NCBI GenBank assembly: GCA_963817385.1
Contig: CAWFOM010000031.1
Coordinates: 32,001-96,000 of the forward strand
Length of the DNA: 64,000 nucleotides
Direction of reading: 5' to 3'
Source: an uncultured delta proteobacterium
Lineage (GTDB): Bacteria > Desulfobacterota > Syntrophia > Syntrophales > UBA5619
Part shown: positions 1 to 9,521 of the stretch, piece after piece
Layout: each line of letters starts with the position of its first letter
How positions within the stretch are numbered: position 1 is the first letter of the stretch
The notes under the pieces: model-generated
Told to the model about the DNA's origin: nothing
Seen by the model: only the letters and a program-made list of their open reading frames with translations
The model's database searches: none
Program-made: the position numbers and the translations under genes

Positions 1-365
1 TCAACGAGCGCGAGATCCCGGGCGGGATTACCGTGATCGAGTACGGTGTCGATGAGGATCCGAAGAAGGAGGGCTATACCCTCTCGCGAAGCGACAACCT
101 TTATCGCGATCCGAAGAAGGAGGCCCCCTCTCCCGGCGGCTACCTCCTGTGTGACCGGGTCGAGACGCTGACTTACCTCTTTACCGACGAAGCGGGAAAG
201 GAATACGATTCCTGGGACTCCGACGGGGAAATTCCGGTGCAGAAGAACAGGGCCCCTTCCGGAGTTCTGATCCGTCTGAGCCTGGTGAATCCCACGAACC
301 GGGAACGCCCCTACCTTTTCATGACCCGGGTTCGCCTTCCATTCAACCGTCGGGAGGTCCCATGA
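1..365 (+). CDS. gspJ: Type II secretion minor pseudopilin GspJ-like, C-terminal part (5' end outside window)
   Basis: Frame is open from the window edge to TGA at 363-365, which overlaps the gspK ATG; canonical J-K order; C-terminal 'WDS...PSGVLIRL' is GspJ-like. Confidence 0.7.
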   Translation, partial: NEREIPGGITVIEYGVDEDPKKEGYTLSRSDNLYRDPKKEAPSPGGYLLCDRVETLTYLFTDEAGKEYDSWDSDGEIPVQKNRAPSGVLIRLSLVNPTNRERPYLFMTRVRLPFNRREVP

Positions 366-1339
366 AATTAGGACGGTCGAACCGCCGGGGCGTCGCCCTT
401 ATCATCGTTCTCATGATGATCAGCATTATCGTGGCCTTGACGATCCAGCTCAACCGGGATACCCGTTCCGAGGTTTACGGGGCGGCGAACATCAGCGACG
501 GGATCCGCCTCCGCTACATCGCCGAGTCCGGCTTCTACGTGGGCGAGGCGCTCCTCTTGGCGGACAAGACGTCGTTCGACGCCCTGACGGAACTGTGGGC
601 GAACACCGAGATGATCGCCCTCCAATCCGAGGGGTTCTTCGATAACGGCGGGGCCTTTAAACTGGCCATCCAGGATGAGGGAGGCAAGATTGCCGTCAAC
701 AGCCTCGTAAACGGAACCACATACAACCCCCTGATCCGTGATCTCCTCCTGCGGCTCCTCACCGGACCGTACTTCCGCCTGGAGCAGCGCAAGGCCGAGG
801 ATCTCATCGACGCGATAAAGGACTGGATCGATGCCGATGAGGAGGTGACCGGCGGCGGCGCCGAGGGAGCGTACTACGCGGGACTGGCACGGCCGTACGC
901 CGCCAAGAATGCACCTATTGATTGCATTGAGGAATTATTGATGGTAAAAGGCGTGACGCGTGAACTATTTTACGGTACGGGAGAATCCCCGGGACTGGTA
1001 CAGTGCATGACCGTTTTCGGCGACGGGAAGATCAACATCAACACCGCCCCAAAGGCGGTGCTCAGGGCGCTCGCGGTGGAGATGACGGACGGGGAAATCG
1101 ACTGGCTCGACCAGTACCGGAGGGATATGCGGAACGACTTGGCTGACGCCGGTTGGTATCAGAAGATTCCCCGGGCATCCAAACTCAACGTCCCCGCGGG
1201 GTTGATCAAGGTCAAAAGCGATATCTTTCAGATCACGGCCGTCGGCCTTCAAGGGCGGATGACCGAGCAGATCACGGGTATCGTCAAACGGGAAGCGGAT
1301 CGGCGGAAGGTCACGCTGTTGTCTTGGAAGGTGGAGTAA
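362..1339 (+). CDS. gspK: Type II secretion protein GspK
   Basis: Prepilin-like N-terminus RRG/VALIIVL; motifs DEGGKI, IKDWID.D, EELLMVKGV, GKININTA. Confidence 0.93.
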   Translation: MKLGRSNRRGVALIIVLMMISIIVALTIQLNRDTRSEVYGAANISDGIRLRYIAESGFYVGEALLLADKTSFDALTELWANTEMIALQSEGFFDNGGAFKLAIQDEGGKIAVNSLVNGTTYNPLIRDLLLRLLTGPYFRLEQRKAEDLIDAIKDWIDADEEVTGGGAEGAYYAGLARPYAAKNAPIDCIEELLMVKGVTRELFYGTGESPGLVQCMTVFGDGKININTAPKAVLRALAVEMTDGEIDWLDQYRRDMRNDLADAGWYQKIPRASKLNVPAGLIKVKSDIFQITAVGLQGRMTEQITGIVKREADRRKVTLLSWKVE

Positions 1340-2871
1340 TGCCCGAACGAATCTTGGGCCTCGATATCGGCGGAAGCGCCCTCAAGGCGGTTCTCCTCTC
1401 CCGGGGGTTCCGGGGTGGATACCGTCTGCTCGACTTCCGCCTGATCGATCTCGCCGCCGCGGGCGGCCTCCCGGAAGCCGTACAGCAGCTTTTCGCGGAT
1501 GGAACCTTCCGCGGATCGGTCTGTGTGACGGCGCTCCGTTCCGGCGCCCTCTCGTTTCGGAACGTCACGCTTCCGTTTCGCGACCAACGGAAGATCCGTC
1601 AGACCCTCCCGTTTGCCATCGAACCCCTGATCCAGACGCCCCTCGATGACGTCTTCATCGATTACACGCTGACCGGTCGGGTGGGACAAACGGAGATCTT
1701 CGCCGCACTCGCCCCCCGTACCCTCGTCGGCGATCGGACAACGCTCCTAGCCGAATACGTGCGCGAGACGGCCGTGATCGACATCGATGCCGTACCCCTC
1801 GCCACGCGCCTCATGGAGGAGCGGGACTTTCCGGAGACCGCGCTCGTCGTCGATATCGGCGCCCGGGAGACGGTCGCGGTGTTCGCGGGCAGGGAACGGA
1901 TCATCCACATCCGCAATTTCCCCTTCGGCGGGGAGAGCGTGACCGCCGCCCTGGCGGAGTTCATGAACAGCGGATTGTCCGAAGCGGAGGCGATGAAGCG
2001 AAGCGGAGAAATCGCACCGGAGGCGTCGGCCGTCATCCGGGAGCATTACGGCCGGTTCCTGGCCGAGCTCAAAAACACCGAGGAGTACCTCCTCTGGCAG
2101 GGCAGCCTCGCCCAACCGCCCGCACGGATCATTCTGACCGGGGGCGGTTCGCGGACGCCCGGGCTCGCGGAGGGGCTCGCGGAGCTCTTTGCCGTTTCGA
2201 TCGAACGGACCGACCTTGCCGGGATGGAGGGCATTGAGATCGAAGAGACGCTCCGGCAGTCATGGGATGCGGCCCTCATGGATCAGGCGCTCGCCCTGGC
2301 GGCCAGGCCCATGGCCAAGGGGCGTGGTTTCAATTTCCGCCAGCGGGCGTCCGAGGCGCGGGCCGGCTATGGGGAGCTCCGGGGTCGCGTGAAGAAGGGC
2401 GCCATCGCGGCGCTCGTTGTCTTGATCCTGGCCGGCGTCGAGATCGGTCTCGACGACGCCGCCGCCCGCCTCCGCCTGGCGGCGTTGAAACGGGACGTCA
2501 ATTCGGAATTCAAGAAAAGTTATCCGGATGTTACGCGGATCGTCGATCCGGTCGCCCAACTGAAGGGGAAAATCGCAGAGGCCCGGAAGCTCTCCGCCGG
2601 TATGGGGGACGCCGCCTCGGCGGCGACGGTCCTGGATCTGCTGAAGGAGTTCACCGGTCTCGTCCCCGCAGATCTCCTCCTGACGTCGCTAAACCTCGAC
2701 GGGGATGTGATCGGTCTCAAGGGGGAGGCGCGGAATTTCGATGCCGTGGATACGATCAAAAAGGCGCTTGCGAACTCGAAATACTTCAAGACGGTAACGA
2801 TCGGTTCGAGCAGCATGATCAAGCAGGGGAGCGGGGTGGAGTTTGATTTGAAGATCACGGTTAAGAAATGA
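1339..2871 (+). CDS. gspL: GspL / PilM-PilN-like assembly platform protein
   Basis: ATG overlaps the gspK stop (TAATG); actin-like ILGLDIG, LVVDIGA and ILTGGGS motifs; TM segment and PilN-like C-terminus. Confidence 0.85.
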   Translation: MPERILGLDIGGSALKAVLLSRGFRGGYRLLDFRLIDLAAAGGLPEAVQQLFADGTFRGSVCVTALRSGALSFRNVTLPFRDQRKIRQTLPFAIEPLIQTPLDDVFIDYTLTGRVGQTEIFAALAPRTLVGDRTTLLAEYVRETAVIDIDAVPLATRLMEERDFPETALVVDIGARETVAVFAGRERIIHIRNFPFGGESVTAALAEFMNSGLSEAEAMKRSGEIAPEASAVIREHYGRFLAELKNTEEYLLWQGSLAQPPARIILTGGGSRTPGLAEGLAELFAVSIERTDLAGMEGIEIEETLRQSWDAALMDQALALAARPMAKGRGFNFRQRASEARAGYGELRGRVKKGAIAALVVLILAGVEIGLDDAAARLRLAALKRDVNSEFKKSYPDVTRIVDPVAQLKGKIAEARKLSAGMGDAASAATVLDLLKEFTGLVPADLLLTSLNLDGDVIGLKGEARNFDAVDTIKKALANSKYFKTVTIGSSSMIKQGSGVEFDLKITVKK

Positions 2872-3419
2872 AACATTTCTGGGATCAGCTGACGAAGAAT
2901 CAGAAACTTACGGTAACGGCAGGACTCGTCTTTGCAGGGGCGGTCCTGCTCGTCCAGTTCGCCGTCGTTCCCTACTTCGAGGCCCGGCTAACCGTGCGCC
3001 GCGCGATCGCCGCCAACGAAAAGGTCATCCGCGAGCTCGGTGTGCTGGGGACGGAGTACGGCGTCATTCGGCAGCGAGCGGAAGAGATCCGGCGGGTTAT
3101 CCAGCGGCGGCCGCCGGGGTTTGCGCTCCTCTCCTATCTGGAAAAACGGGCCGGCGATGCGGGGGTAAAGGCGAACATCCGCTCCATGAACCCGCTGCCG
3201 TCCGCCCCTGCGGGGACCTATGAGGAGACCGCCGTGGAAATGAAACTGGATAAACTGACAATGAAGCAATTGACCGACTTTCTCTACCTGGCGGAATCAC
3301 CGGAGGAGATGATCCGGGTCCGGAGGCTCTCTCTCGTCAAGATGAAAGAGAGTCCGGAATATCTGAGTGCGCTGATCCAGGTGTTCACCTATCAGCCTCT
3401 GTCTCCCGGGAGTCGCTGA
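2868..3419 (+). CDS. gspM: Type II secretion protein GspM
   Basis: ATGA overlap with gspL; single N-terminal TM, coiled coil and small periplasmic domain; gene order. Confidence 0.8.
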   Translation: MKHFWDQLTKNQKLTVTAGLVFAGAVLLVQFAVVPYFEARLTVRRAIAANEKVIRELGVLGTEYGVIRQRAEEIRRVIQRRPPGFALLSYLEKRAGDAGVKANIRSMNPLPSAPAGTYEETAVEMKLDKLTMKQLTDFLYLAESPEEMIRVRRLSLVKMKESPEYLSALIQVFTYQPLSPGSR

Positions 3420-3420
3420 C

Positions 3421-4254
3421 ATGAAACTGAGGTTGAATGGGGCCATTGCAGGGTATATCCTGGCCGGCATTGTGATGCTGCTTGTCTTCCTCTATCTGCG
3501 TTTCCCCGCAGAGGCCCTGAGGAGTTACGCGGAGGCGGTTGCCGCCGCCCGGTATCCCCAGGCCTTGCTCTCCATCGACGCGATCCGCCCGTCCATACCG
3601 CCGGGACTTGCGTTTTCAGGTATCACGGTCGCTTTCCGTGACAGCCCGGATGCGGCCCTCCATGTGGATCGCCTGAGCGTCCGCCCCGGAGGGCTCTCCC
3701 TGCTGAGTGGGCGCTTTACGATCCTCACAGCGGCGGAAGGCTACGGTGGCGGGATGGAGGGCCGGGTCGATTTTTCACGGCTTTTTTCCCTCCAGGGACC
3801 GCTCAGTGCAACGGTGAGCCTCCGGGATATCCGCATCGAGAAGTGTGCGTGGCTCAAGGAGGCCCTTGCCCGCCAGATCACGGGGGCGTTGAAAGGCTCC
3901 ATCGCTTTCAGCGGGACCGCGGAGACGCTGAAGAATGGTACGGGCAACGTCGATTTCACCCTGACGAACGGTACTTTTCCGCTCCAGGAGAGTTTCTTGG
4001 GCATGGAGAAGATCGATTTCAGCCGGGTGGAGGGAAAGGCCAGTTTCCGGAACGGGGCGCTGAAGGTCACCCAGTTGACGCTGAGCGGGGAAAAGCTCAG
4101 GTGTTCCCTGAAAGGGAATATCCTCCTTGCCGATGATTTCCAGGCAAGCCAGATCGATCTGAACGGCACCATCGAGCTCCCCGCGCAGGGCAATAAACGG
4201 GTGGTGCTGACCATCGGCGGCACCATCGGCAATCCGAAATCGCGGTTCATGTGA
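3421..4254 (+). CDS. gspN: Type II secretion protein GspN (deltaproteobacterial type)
   Basis: N-terminal TM ending LYLRFP, beta-rich body, C-terminal GTIGNP; follows gspM. Confidence 0.8.
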   Translation: MKLRLNGAIAGYILAGIVMLLVFLYLRFPAEALRSYAEAVAAARYPQALLSIDAIRPSIPPGLAFSGITVAFRDSPDAALHVDRLSVRPGGLSLLSGRFTILTAAEGYGGGMEGRVDFSRLFSLQGPLSATVSLRDIRIEKCAWLKEALARQITGALKGSIAFSGTAETLKNGTGNVDFTLTNGTFPLQESFLGMEKIDFSRVEGKASFRNGALKVTQLTLSGEKLRCSLKGNILLADDFQASQIDLNGTIELPAQGNKRVVLTIGGTIGNPKSRFM

Positions 4255-4267
4255 GGGGGAGGAGGAT

Positions 4268-4447
4268 GGCGGAGATGGCGTTTCATCGGGGCTCAGGATC
4301 TTTTTCCGACCATGCGCATCCTCGCTGCGCTGCCGGGAAAAAACTCGCGCTTCGCGCTCAGACAGTTTTCCCGGCGGTCGCTCCGCTCGGACGGCATGGT
4401 GCCCGGAAAAATCTCCCAATCGCCCCTCATGAAACACCAACTCCGCC
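4268..4447. repeat. Rod-like hairpin repeat element, copy 1
   Basis: Nested inverted repeats; shares identical 32-nt and 24-nt blocks with 44348-44524. Confidence 0.85.
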
Positions 4448-4506
4448 CCTTGGAGTGGGCGGAATTTCGAAGGGCGTGTGGGGATGAATATGGAAGGTGT
4501 GAAGTA

Positions 4507-5403
4507 GTGGACTGGTCGCGTTTTTTCCATGTGTCGCTTGCTGATTTCCGGGGACTCGTCTCCCGGCGGACGATGATCCTCGCCGCAATGGCGGTGATCC
4601 TCTTTCAGGCGACAGGGATCTTCTACAAGGCCCTGACACTCCAGCTCATCAGGATGAGACCGGCGCCGGCGGCGACGGAGAAAGTGCGGGCGACGGCTGT
4701 TCCCATCCGCGATCCGGCGGATGCCTACCGGGTGATTCCGGAGCGAAACCTCTTCGGGACAACGACCAAGGCCCTTACGGATAAACAGACCGCCGCAGTG
4801 CCGCAGCAACAGGATGTCGCATTGCTCATCGATCTCAAGGGAACCGTCGCCGGGGGACCCAAATACGGGTTTGCGGTTATCGAGGAGAAAGGAACGCGGA
4901 AACAGCGGCTCGTGAAAGCGGGGGATCTCGTCGCCGGGGCAAAAGTGGTCCGGATCGAGCGCAACGCCATCAACGTCCTCGTCAACGGTCAGGAACGGAC
5001 TCTCAAGATAGTGGAGACCCACGAGGGACCGATCGTACCGCCGCCGAGAACTCCGGTCGCGCCGACGGCGCCGCCGACGCCGGCCGGGGCGACCGTGATC
5101 AGCCGGAACGAGGTCGACGCAGGACTCCAGGATATGGGAAGCCTGCTCAGGCAGGCGCAGATCCGGCCCTACTTTGAAGGGGGGGTTCCCGACGGTTTCC
5201 TGATCAGCAACATCAGGCCGGGAAGCCTCTACCAGAAGATGGGGGTCGTCGATGGGGATATCATCCAGGAGGTGAACAACCGGAAGATCCGGACGGCGGA
5301 TGACGTTATGGGCTTGTTGAACACGATCAAAGCCGGATCGAGCATGTCTATGACCATCAAACGCCGGGGAAGCTCGGAGACGTTGAATTACCAGTTTCAG
5401 TAG
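4507..5403 (+). CDS. gspC: Type II secretion protein GspC with PDZ domain (start uncertain: GTG 4507 or ATG 4573)
   Basis: TM segment, RNLFG motif, LKGTV homology region, C-terminal PDZ (GDIIQEVNN); the ORF-track extension to 4312 only reads through the repeat. Confidence 0.88.
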   Translation: MDWSRFFHVSLADFRGLVSRRTMILAAMAVILFQATGIFYKALTLQLIRMRPAPAATEKVRATAVPIRDPADAYRVIPERNLFGTTTKALTDKQTAAVPQQQDVALLIDLKGTVAGGPKYGFAVIEEKGTRKQRLVKAGDLVAGAKVVRIERNAINVLVNGQERTLKIVETHEGPIVPPPRTPVAPTAPPTPAGATVISRNEVDAGLQDMGSLLRQAQIRPYFEGGVPDGFLISNIRPGSLYQKMGVVDGDIIQEVNNRKIRTADDVMGLLNTIKAGSSMSMTIKRRGSSETLNYQFQ

Positions 5404-5418
5404 CGGTGGGTTGCCGTC

Positions 5419-6339
5419 ATGTATGAAGCCTATTTCGGGCTGCAGGAAAATCCGTTCACGCTTTCGCCCGATCCGCGGTACCTCTATCTGAGCGCGCAAC
5501 ACCGGGAGGCGCTGAACTGCCTGATCTACGGAATCGGCGAGAAGAAAGGGTTCATGGTGGTCACCGGCGGTATCGGCACCGGAAAGACGACCCTCTGCCG
5601 CGCCCTTCTGGCCGGCCTTGACGGGGCGACGGCGAGCGCGCTGATTTTCAATCCCGCCCTCTCCGATATCGAGCTTTTGAAGACGATCAACCAGGAATTC
5701 GGGATCAAGATGGTGGGACGGGGTACAAGGAAGCGATATCTCGACGGCCTCAATGCCTTTCTCATGCGGAATTTCGCCGCCGGGAAGAACGCCGTTCTTT
5801 TGATCGACGAAGCGCAGAACCTGTCGCACAGCGTTCTGGAACAGATCCGGATGCTCTCGAATCTCGAGACGGTCCGGGAGAAGCTCATTCAGATCGTTCT
5901 GCTGGGCCAGCCGGAGCTCCGGCGGCTCCTCGCGCTGCCGTCGCTCCGCCAGCTCAACGAACGGATCACGGTCCGCTACGACCTGAAGCCCCTTGCCCGG
6001 GAGGATGTCAAGCGGTATATCGAACACCGGCTGGTCATGGCGGGAGGGGAGACAAACGGTATTTTTGCCGCGGGGAGTTATGCGCTGATCTCGCGCCTGT
6101 CGCGGGGGATCCCGCGGCGGATCAACGCAATCTGCGACCGGGCGCTGCTCATCGCGTACGGCAGGGATCTGAGGACCGTCGATCGCCGTCTCGTCCGGGC
6201 CGCCATCCGGGACATCGGGCCGGGTTATCTGACGGAGACGGATGTGCGGCGGAGCGCGGTCCGGATTCTTCTCGCGGTGCTCGTTGCAGCGGCCCTGCTT
6301 TTGGCCGGCGGGTACCTGGTCGTCAAAGTGCTTGACTGA
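5419..6339 (+). CDS. exeA: ExeA/GspA-family AAA ATPase, short form lacking a periplasmic domain
   Basis: MYEAYFGLQENPF..SPDP, Walker A GGIGTGKT, Walker B LIDEAQ, GQPEL, GIPRRIN; ends in a TM segment. Confidence 0.88.
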   Translation: MYEAYFGLQENPFTLSPDPRYLYLSAQHREALNCLIYGIGEKKGFMVVTGGIGTGKTTLCRALLAGLDGATASALIFNPALSDIELLKTINQEFGIKMVGRGTRKRYLDGLNAFLMRNFAAGKNAVLLIDEAQNLSHSVLEQIRMLSNLETVREKLIQIVLLGQPELRRLLALPSLRQLNERITVRYDLKPLAREDVKRYIEHRLVMAGGETNGIFAAGSYALISRLSRGIPRRINAICDRALLIAYGRDLRTVDRRLVRAAIRDIGPGYLTETDVRRSAVRILLAVLVAAALLLAGGYLVVKVLD

Positions 6340-6346
6340 GAGGGAA

Positions 6347-7111
6347 ATGAGTTATATCAATGACGCTCTGAGAAAGGCCCAGCGGGAACGGGACGGCCGC
6401 TATGAGCGGTTTGGCGGTATCATCACCGCCGGCCCCGAACGGCCGGGGCAGCCCCGAAAACGGAGGGTCGCCGTCGGCGTAACGGTGATGCTGCTGGTCC
6501 TGATTCCGGCCGGTCTGCTCCTTGCCGTTTACGTCTTGCAGCAGCCGTCCCCCGTAAAGAAGGGGACCTTCCCGCATGTCGCCGCGGGAAAGTCAGCCAT
6601 GCTTCAGACCGCGACTCCGCCGGCAGCGAGGGAAGTGGTTCCGGAGGGCACGGTCTCGAAAGGGCCGCCGGCAGAAACGACGGCGGTTACGGCGGACGGA
6701 AAGCCTCTCCGCGGTGAAGCGGAGCTCCGGTATCAGGAGGCCCTTTCCGCCCAGCGCCAGGGGGATGTCCCAAAAGCGGAGGCCCTCTATCAGAGGGTTT
6801 TGAAGCTGGATCCCGGTGATGTACGGGCCTTGAACAATCTCGGGGTCATCCTCATGGGGCAGAAGAAGCGGGAGCGGGCGATTGCGTTGTTCAGCAAGGC
6901 CATCGTCCTGAAGAAAGATTACGTCGATCCGTATTACAATCTGGCCTGTCTCTACGCTCAGACCAATGAGATCGACGAGAGCATCTGGTATCTGAAGGTT
7001 GCCATGGCCATCAATGGCGAGGTAAAAAACTGGGCGGAGAAGGACGCCGATATGAAGAATGTCGTTGCATCCCCCGCATTCAAGAAGATCAGGGAGGGGC
7101 AGAAAAACTGA
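6347..7111 (+). CDS. GspB/ExeB-like membrane-anchored TPR protein
   Basis: N-terminus MSYINDALRKAQ resembles the GspB start; TM segment, Pro-rich linker, TPR helices (ALNNLGV, YYNLAC). Confidence 0.75.
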   Translation: MSYINDALRKAQRERDGRYERFGGIITAGPERPGQPRKRRVAVGVTVMLLVLIPAGLLLAVYVLQQPSPVKKGTFPHVAAGKSAMLQTATPPAAREVVPEGTVSKGPPAETTAVTADGKPLRGEAELRYQEALSAQRQGDVPKAEALYQRVLKLDPGDVRALNNLGVILMGQKKRERAIALFSKAIVLKKDYVDPYYNLACLYAQTNEIDESIWYLKVAMAINGEVKNWAEKDADMKNVVASPAFKKIREGQKN

Positions 7112-9513
7112 TGCCGCTTGCACGCACGATGTTATCCCGGCCCTCCGGAAGGCCGGCTGGTCGCTTTTCCTCCGGCTCTCGCCGGAGCAGTTCCGGATTG
7201 TCTGTCACACGGGGACGATGTTCAACGATAGGGGGAATAACCCTCATTATCGTTGCGTTCTCCGTTATCGTTTTCCTCTCACCCGCTGCCGTCCAGGCGG
7301 TACGTATTGCGGGGGAAGAGCAGCCGGTGCCGACCGTCCCGTCTCAGCCGCCGGTTCCCGTTGCACCGAAATCCGGCGACCGGCAAGAGGTTCCGGCAAA
7401 GACGGGAACGGCGCAGCCTGCCGGCGGCAAGGTTGCCGCTCCTGCCGGCGTCGTTCTACCTCCGCCGGCGCGGTCCGCACCGGTTTCAAAACCTCCGGCC
7501 GCTTCCGCGCAAAGGGCTGCCGGGCAGTCGTTGCAGTTCCCATCAGGAGAGCCGCCGGCCGAACCGCCGGCGGAGAAGACGGCGGGAGAGCCCGTCGCCC
7601 AGTCACCGCCACAGCCGGCGCCACCGCAATCTTCCGGCCCCGCGCAGGGTACCCGGTATGTGACGATCGACTTCGACAACGTCGATATCCAGGTGTTCAT
7701 CAAGTTCGTCAGCGAACTGACCGGTCGGAACTTTCTCGTCGACGACAAGGTCAAGGGAAAGGTGACGGTAATCTCCCCAAAGAAGATCGCCATCGACGAT
7801 GTCTATAAGGTATTCCAGTCGGTTCTGGAGATTTATGGTTTTGCCACCGTTGAGGCGGGCGACGTGATCAAGGTGATCCCCGCCGTCGACGCCCGGGGGA
7901 AGAACCTGGAGTTCCTCCGGAAGGGGGATGCGGTCGAGGTCGAGGACAAGATCGTGACGCAGATCCTCTCTCTCCAGCACGCGAGCGCCGACGATATGAA
8001 AAAGGTTCTCGACCCGCTGATCTCCAAAACGAGCATCATCCTCTCCTACCCGCCGGCGGGGATGCTGATCATCACCGACGTCCAGTCCAACATCAAGCGG
8101 CTCCAGGAGATCGTCGCCGCCCTCGATGTGGAGGGGGTCGGGGAGGTGATCTCCTATGTCCCGCTTAGGGCGGCGTATGCGACGGAGATCGTCAAGTCGC
8201 TGATCGCCGTCTTCCCGCCCCAGAGGCCGGGGATCATGGCGATCCGTATCGTGGCGGACGAACGGACCAACTCCGTCATCTTGATGGCGAACGAACAGCA
8301 GACGATCCACATCAAGAAGCTCATCGGCTTCATGGACAAGGACATCCCCCGCAGCGGCAGTTCCCTCAACGTCTACCGTCTCCAGAACGGCAACGCCGAA
8401 GACATGGTCAAGGTCCTCATGAACCTCCCCAAGGAGGTGTCCAAAGACCCGAAAGACCCGAAACAGGCGGGCGCGGCCAAGACCCCCGTCCTCTCCAAGG
8501 ATGTGAACGTGGTGGCGGACAAGGCCACCAACACCCTCATCATCACCGCGGACCGGGAAGACTACAAGGTCCTCGAAGGGGTGATCCAGAAGCTCGATGT
8601 GCCGCGGCCGATGGTCTACATCGAAGCCCTGATCATGGAGGTGTCGGTCAACAAGAACTTCAAAGTCGGTGTGGAGTGGCGCGGTCTGAAAGATATCGGC
8701 AGCGCAGATCTCAAGAACCTGGGGCCGAATGCGACCGCCATCGGCATGGCCGGATTCACCGGCCAATCCATCATTCCCCAGCTCAACACCCAGGGCATAC
8801 CCGTCATGCCCGGCGGCCTTTCCCTGGGGGTGATCGGTGCGGCGATCAATATCGGCGGCGTGGCCTTTCCCAACATCGGGGCGGTCATCCAGGCATTTAA
8901 GGAGGACTCGGATGTCTCCATCCTCTCCACGCCCCAGCTCCTGACGCTCAACAACGAGGATGCCGAGATCAACGTGGGGAAGAACGTCCCCTACATCACG
9001 CGCACGGATACCTCCGCGGTCGTCCCCGGCCAGACCTTCGGAAGCAGCTATGAGTACAAGGACGTCGGCGTCATCCTCAAGATCACGCCCAACATCAACG
9101 AGGATCAGTTCGTCCGTCTCAAGATCGACCAGCAGGTGACTGCGCTCGCCGACGCAACGACGACCGCGACGCCGACGACGCTGAAGCGGACGGCCAAGAC
9201 GACCGTCGTCATCAAGGACAACGAGACGGTCGTCATCGGCGGAATGATCGACGATACGACCAGCGTCGATACGGTCGGAGTCCCCTGTATCGGAGACATC
9301 CCCGTCGTGGGGTGGCTTTTCAAGACGATGAACCGCAGCCGGGCGAAGAGCAACCTCTTCGTGTTCATCACCCCCCACATCGTCCGGAACCAGGCGGAGG
9401 CAGCGGCCATCTACGAAAAGAAGCTGGGCGACATCGGCAACGTCGAGGAGGGTATCATCAAGATGAATGAGAAGAAAACCCTCCAGAAGCCGCAGATCGA
9501 CCAGAAGAATTGA
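7111..9513 (+). CDS. gspD: Type II secretion secretin GspD (start uncertain)
   Basis: N0 domain VTIDFDNVDI..FIKFVSELTG; N-domain motifs ADERTNS and ADKATNT; secretin core LSTPQLLT, YKDVG, GDIPVVGWLF. Confidence 0.95.
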   Translation: MPLARTMLSRPSGRPAGRFSSGSRRSSSGLSVTRGRCSTIGGITLIIVAFSVIVFLSPAAVQAVRIAGEEQPVPTVPSQPPVPVAPKSGDRQEVPAKTGTAQPAGGKVAAPAGVVLPPPARSAPVSKPPAASAQRAAGQSLQFPSGEPPAEPPAEKTAGEPVAQSPPQPAPPQSSGPAQGTRYVTIDFDNVDIQVFIKFVSELTGRNFLVDDKVKGKVTVISPKKIAIDDVYKVFQSVLEIYGFATVEAGDVIKVIPAVDARGKNLEFLRKGDAVEVEDKIVTQILSLQHASADDMKKVLDPLISKTSIILSYPPAGMLIITDVQSNIKRLQEIVAALDVEGVGEVISYVPLRAAYATEIVKSLIAVFPPQRPGIMAIRIVADERTNSVILMANEQQTIHIKKLIGFMDKDIPRSGSSLNVYRLQNGNAEDMVKVLMNLPKEVSKDPKDPKQAGAAKTPVLSKDVNVVADKATNTLIITADREDYKVLEGVIQKLDVPRPMVYIEALIMEVSVNKNFKVGVEWRGLKDIGSADLKNLGPNATAIGMAGFTGQSIIPQLNTQGIPVMPGGLSLGVIGAAINIGGVAFPNIGAVIQAFKEDSDVSILSTPQLLTLNNEDAEINVGKNVPYITRTDTSAVVPGQTFGSSYEYKDVGVILKITPNINEDQFVRLKIDQQVTALADATTTATPTTLKRTAKTTVVIKDNETVVIGGMIDDTTSVDTVGVPCIGDIPVVGWLFKTMNRSRAKSNLFVFITPHIVRNQAEAAAIYEKKLGDIGNVEEGIIKMNEKKTLQKPQIDQKN

Positions 9514-9521
9514 GAGGCGTT

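Noticed and set aside
4312..4506. N-terminal extension of GspC in the ORF track
   Set aside because: Reads through the hairpin repeat; no RBS
3775..9378. Long minus-strand ORFs (750 aa and 591 aa) over T2SS genes
   Set aside because: Antisense shadows of gspN/gspC/exeA and gspD
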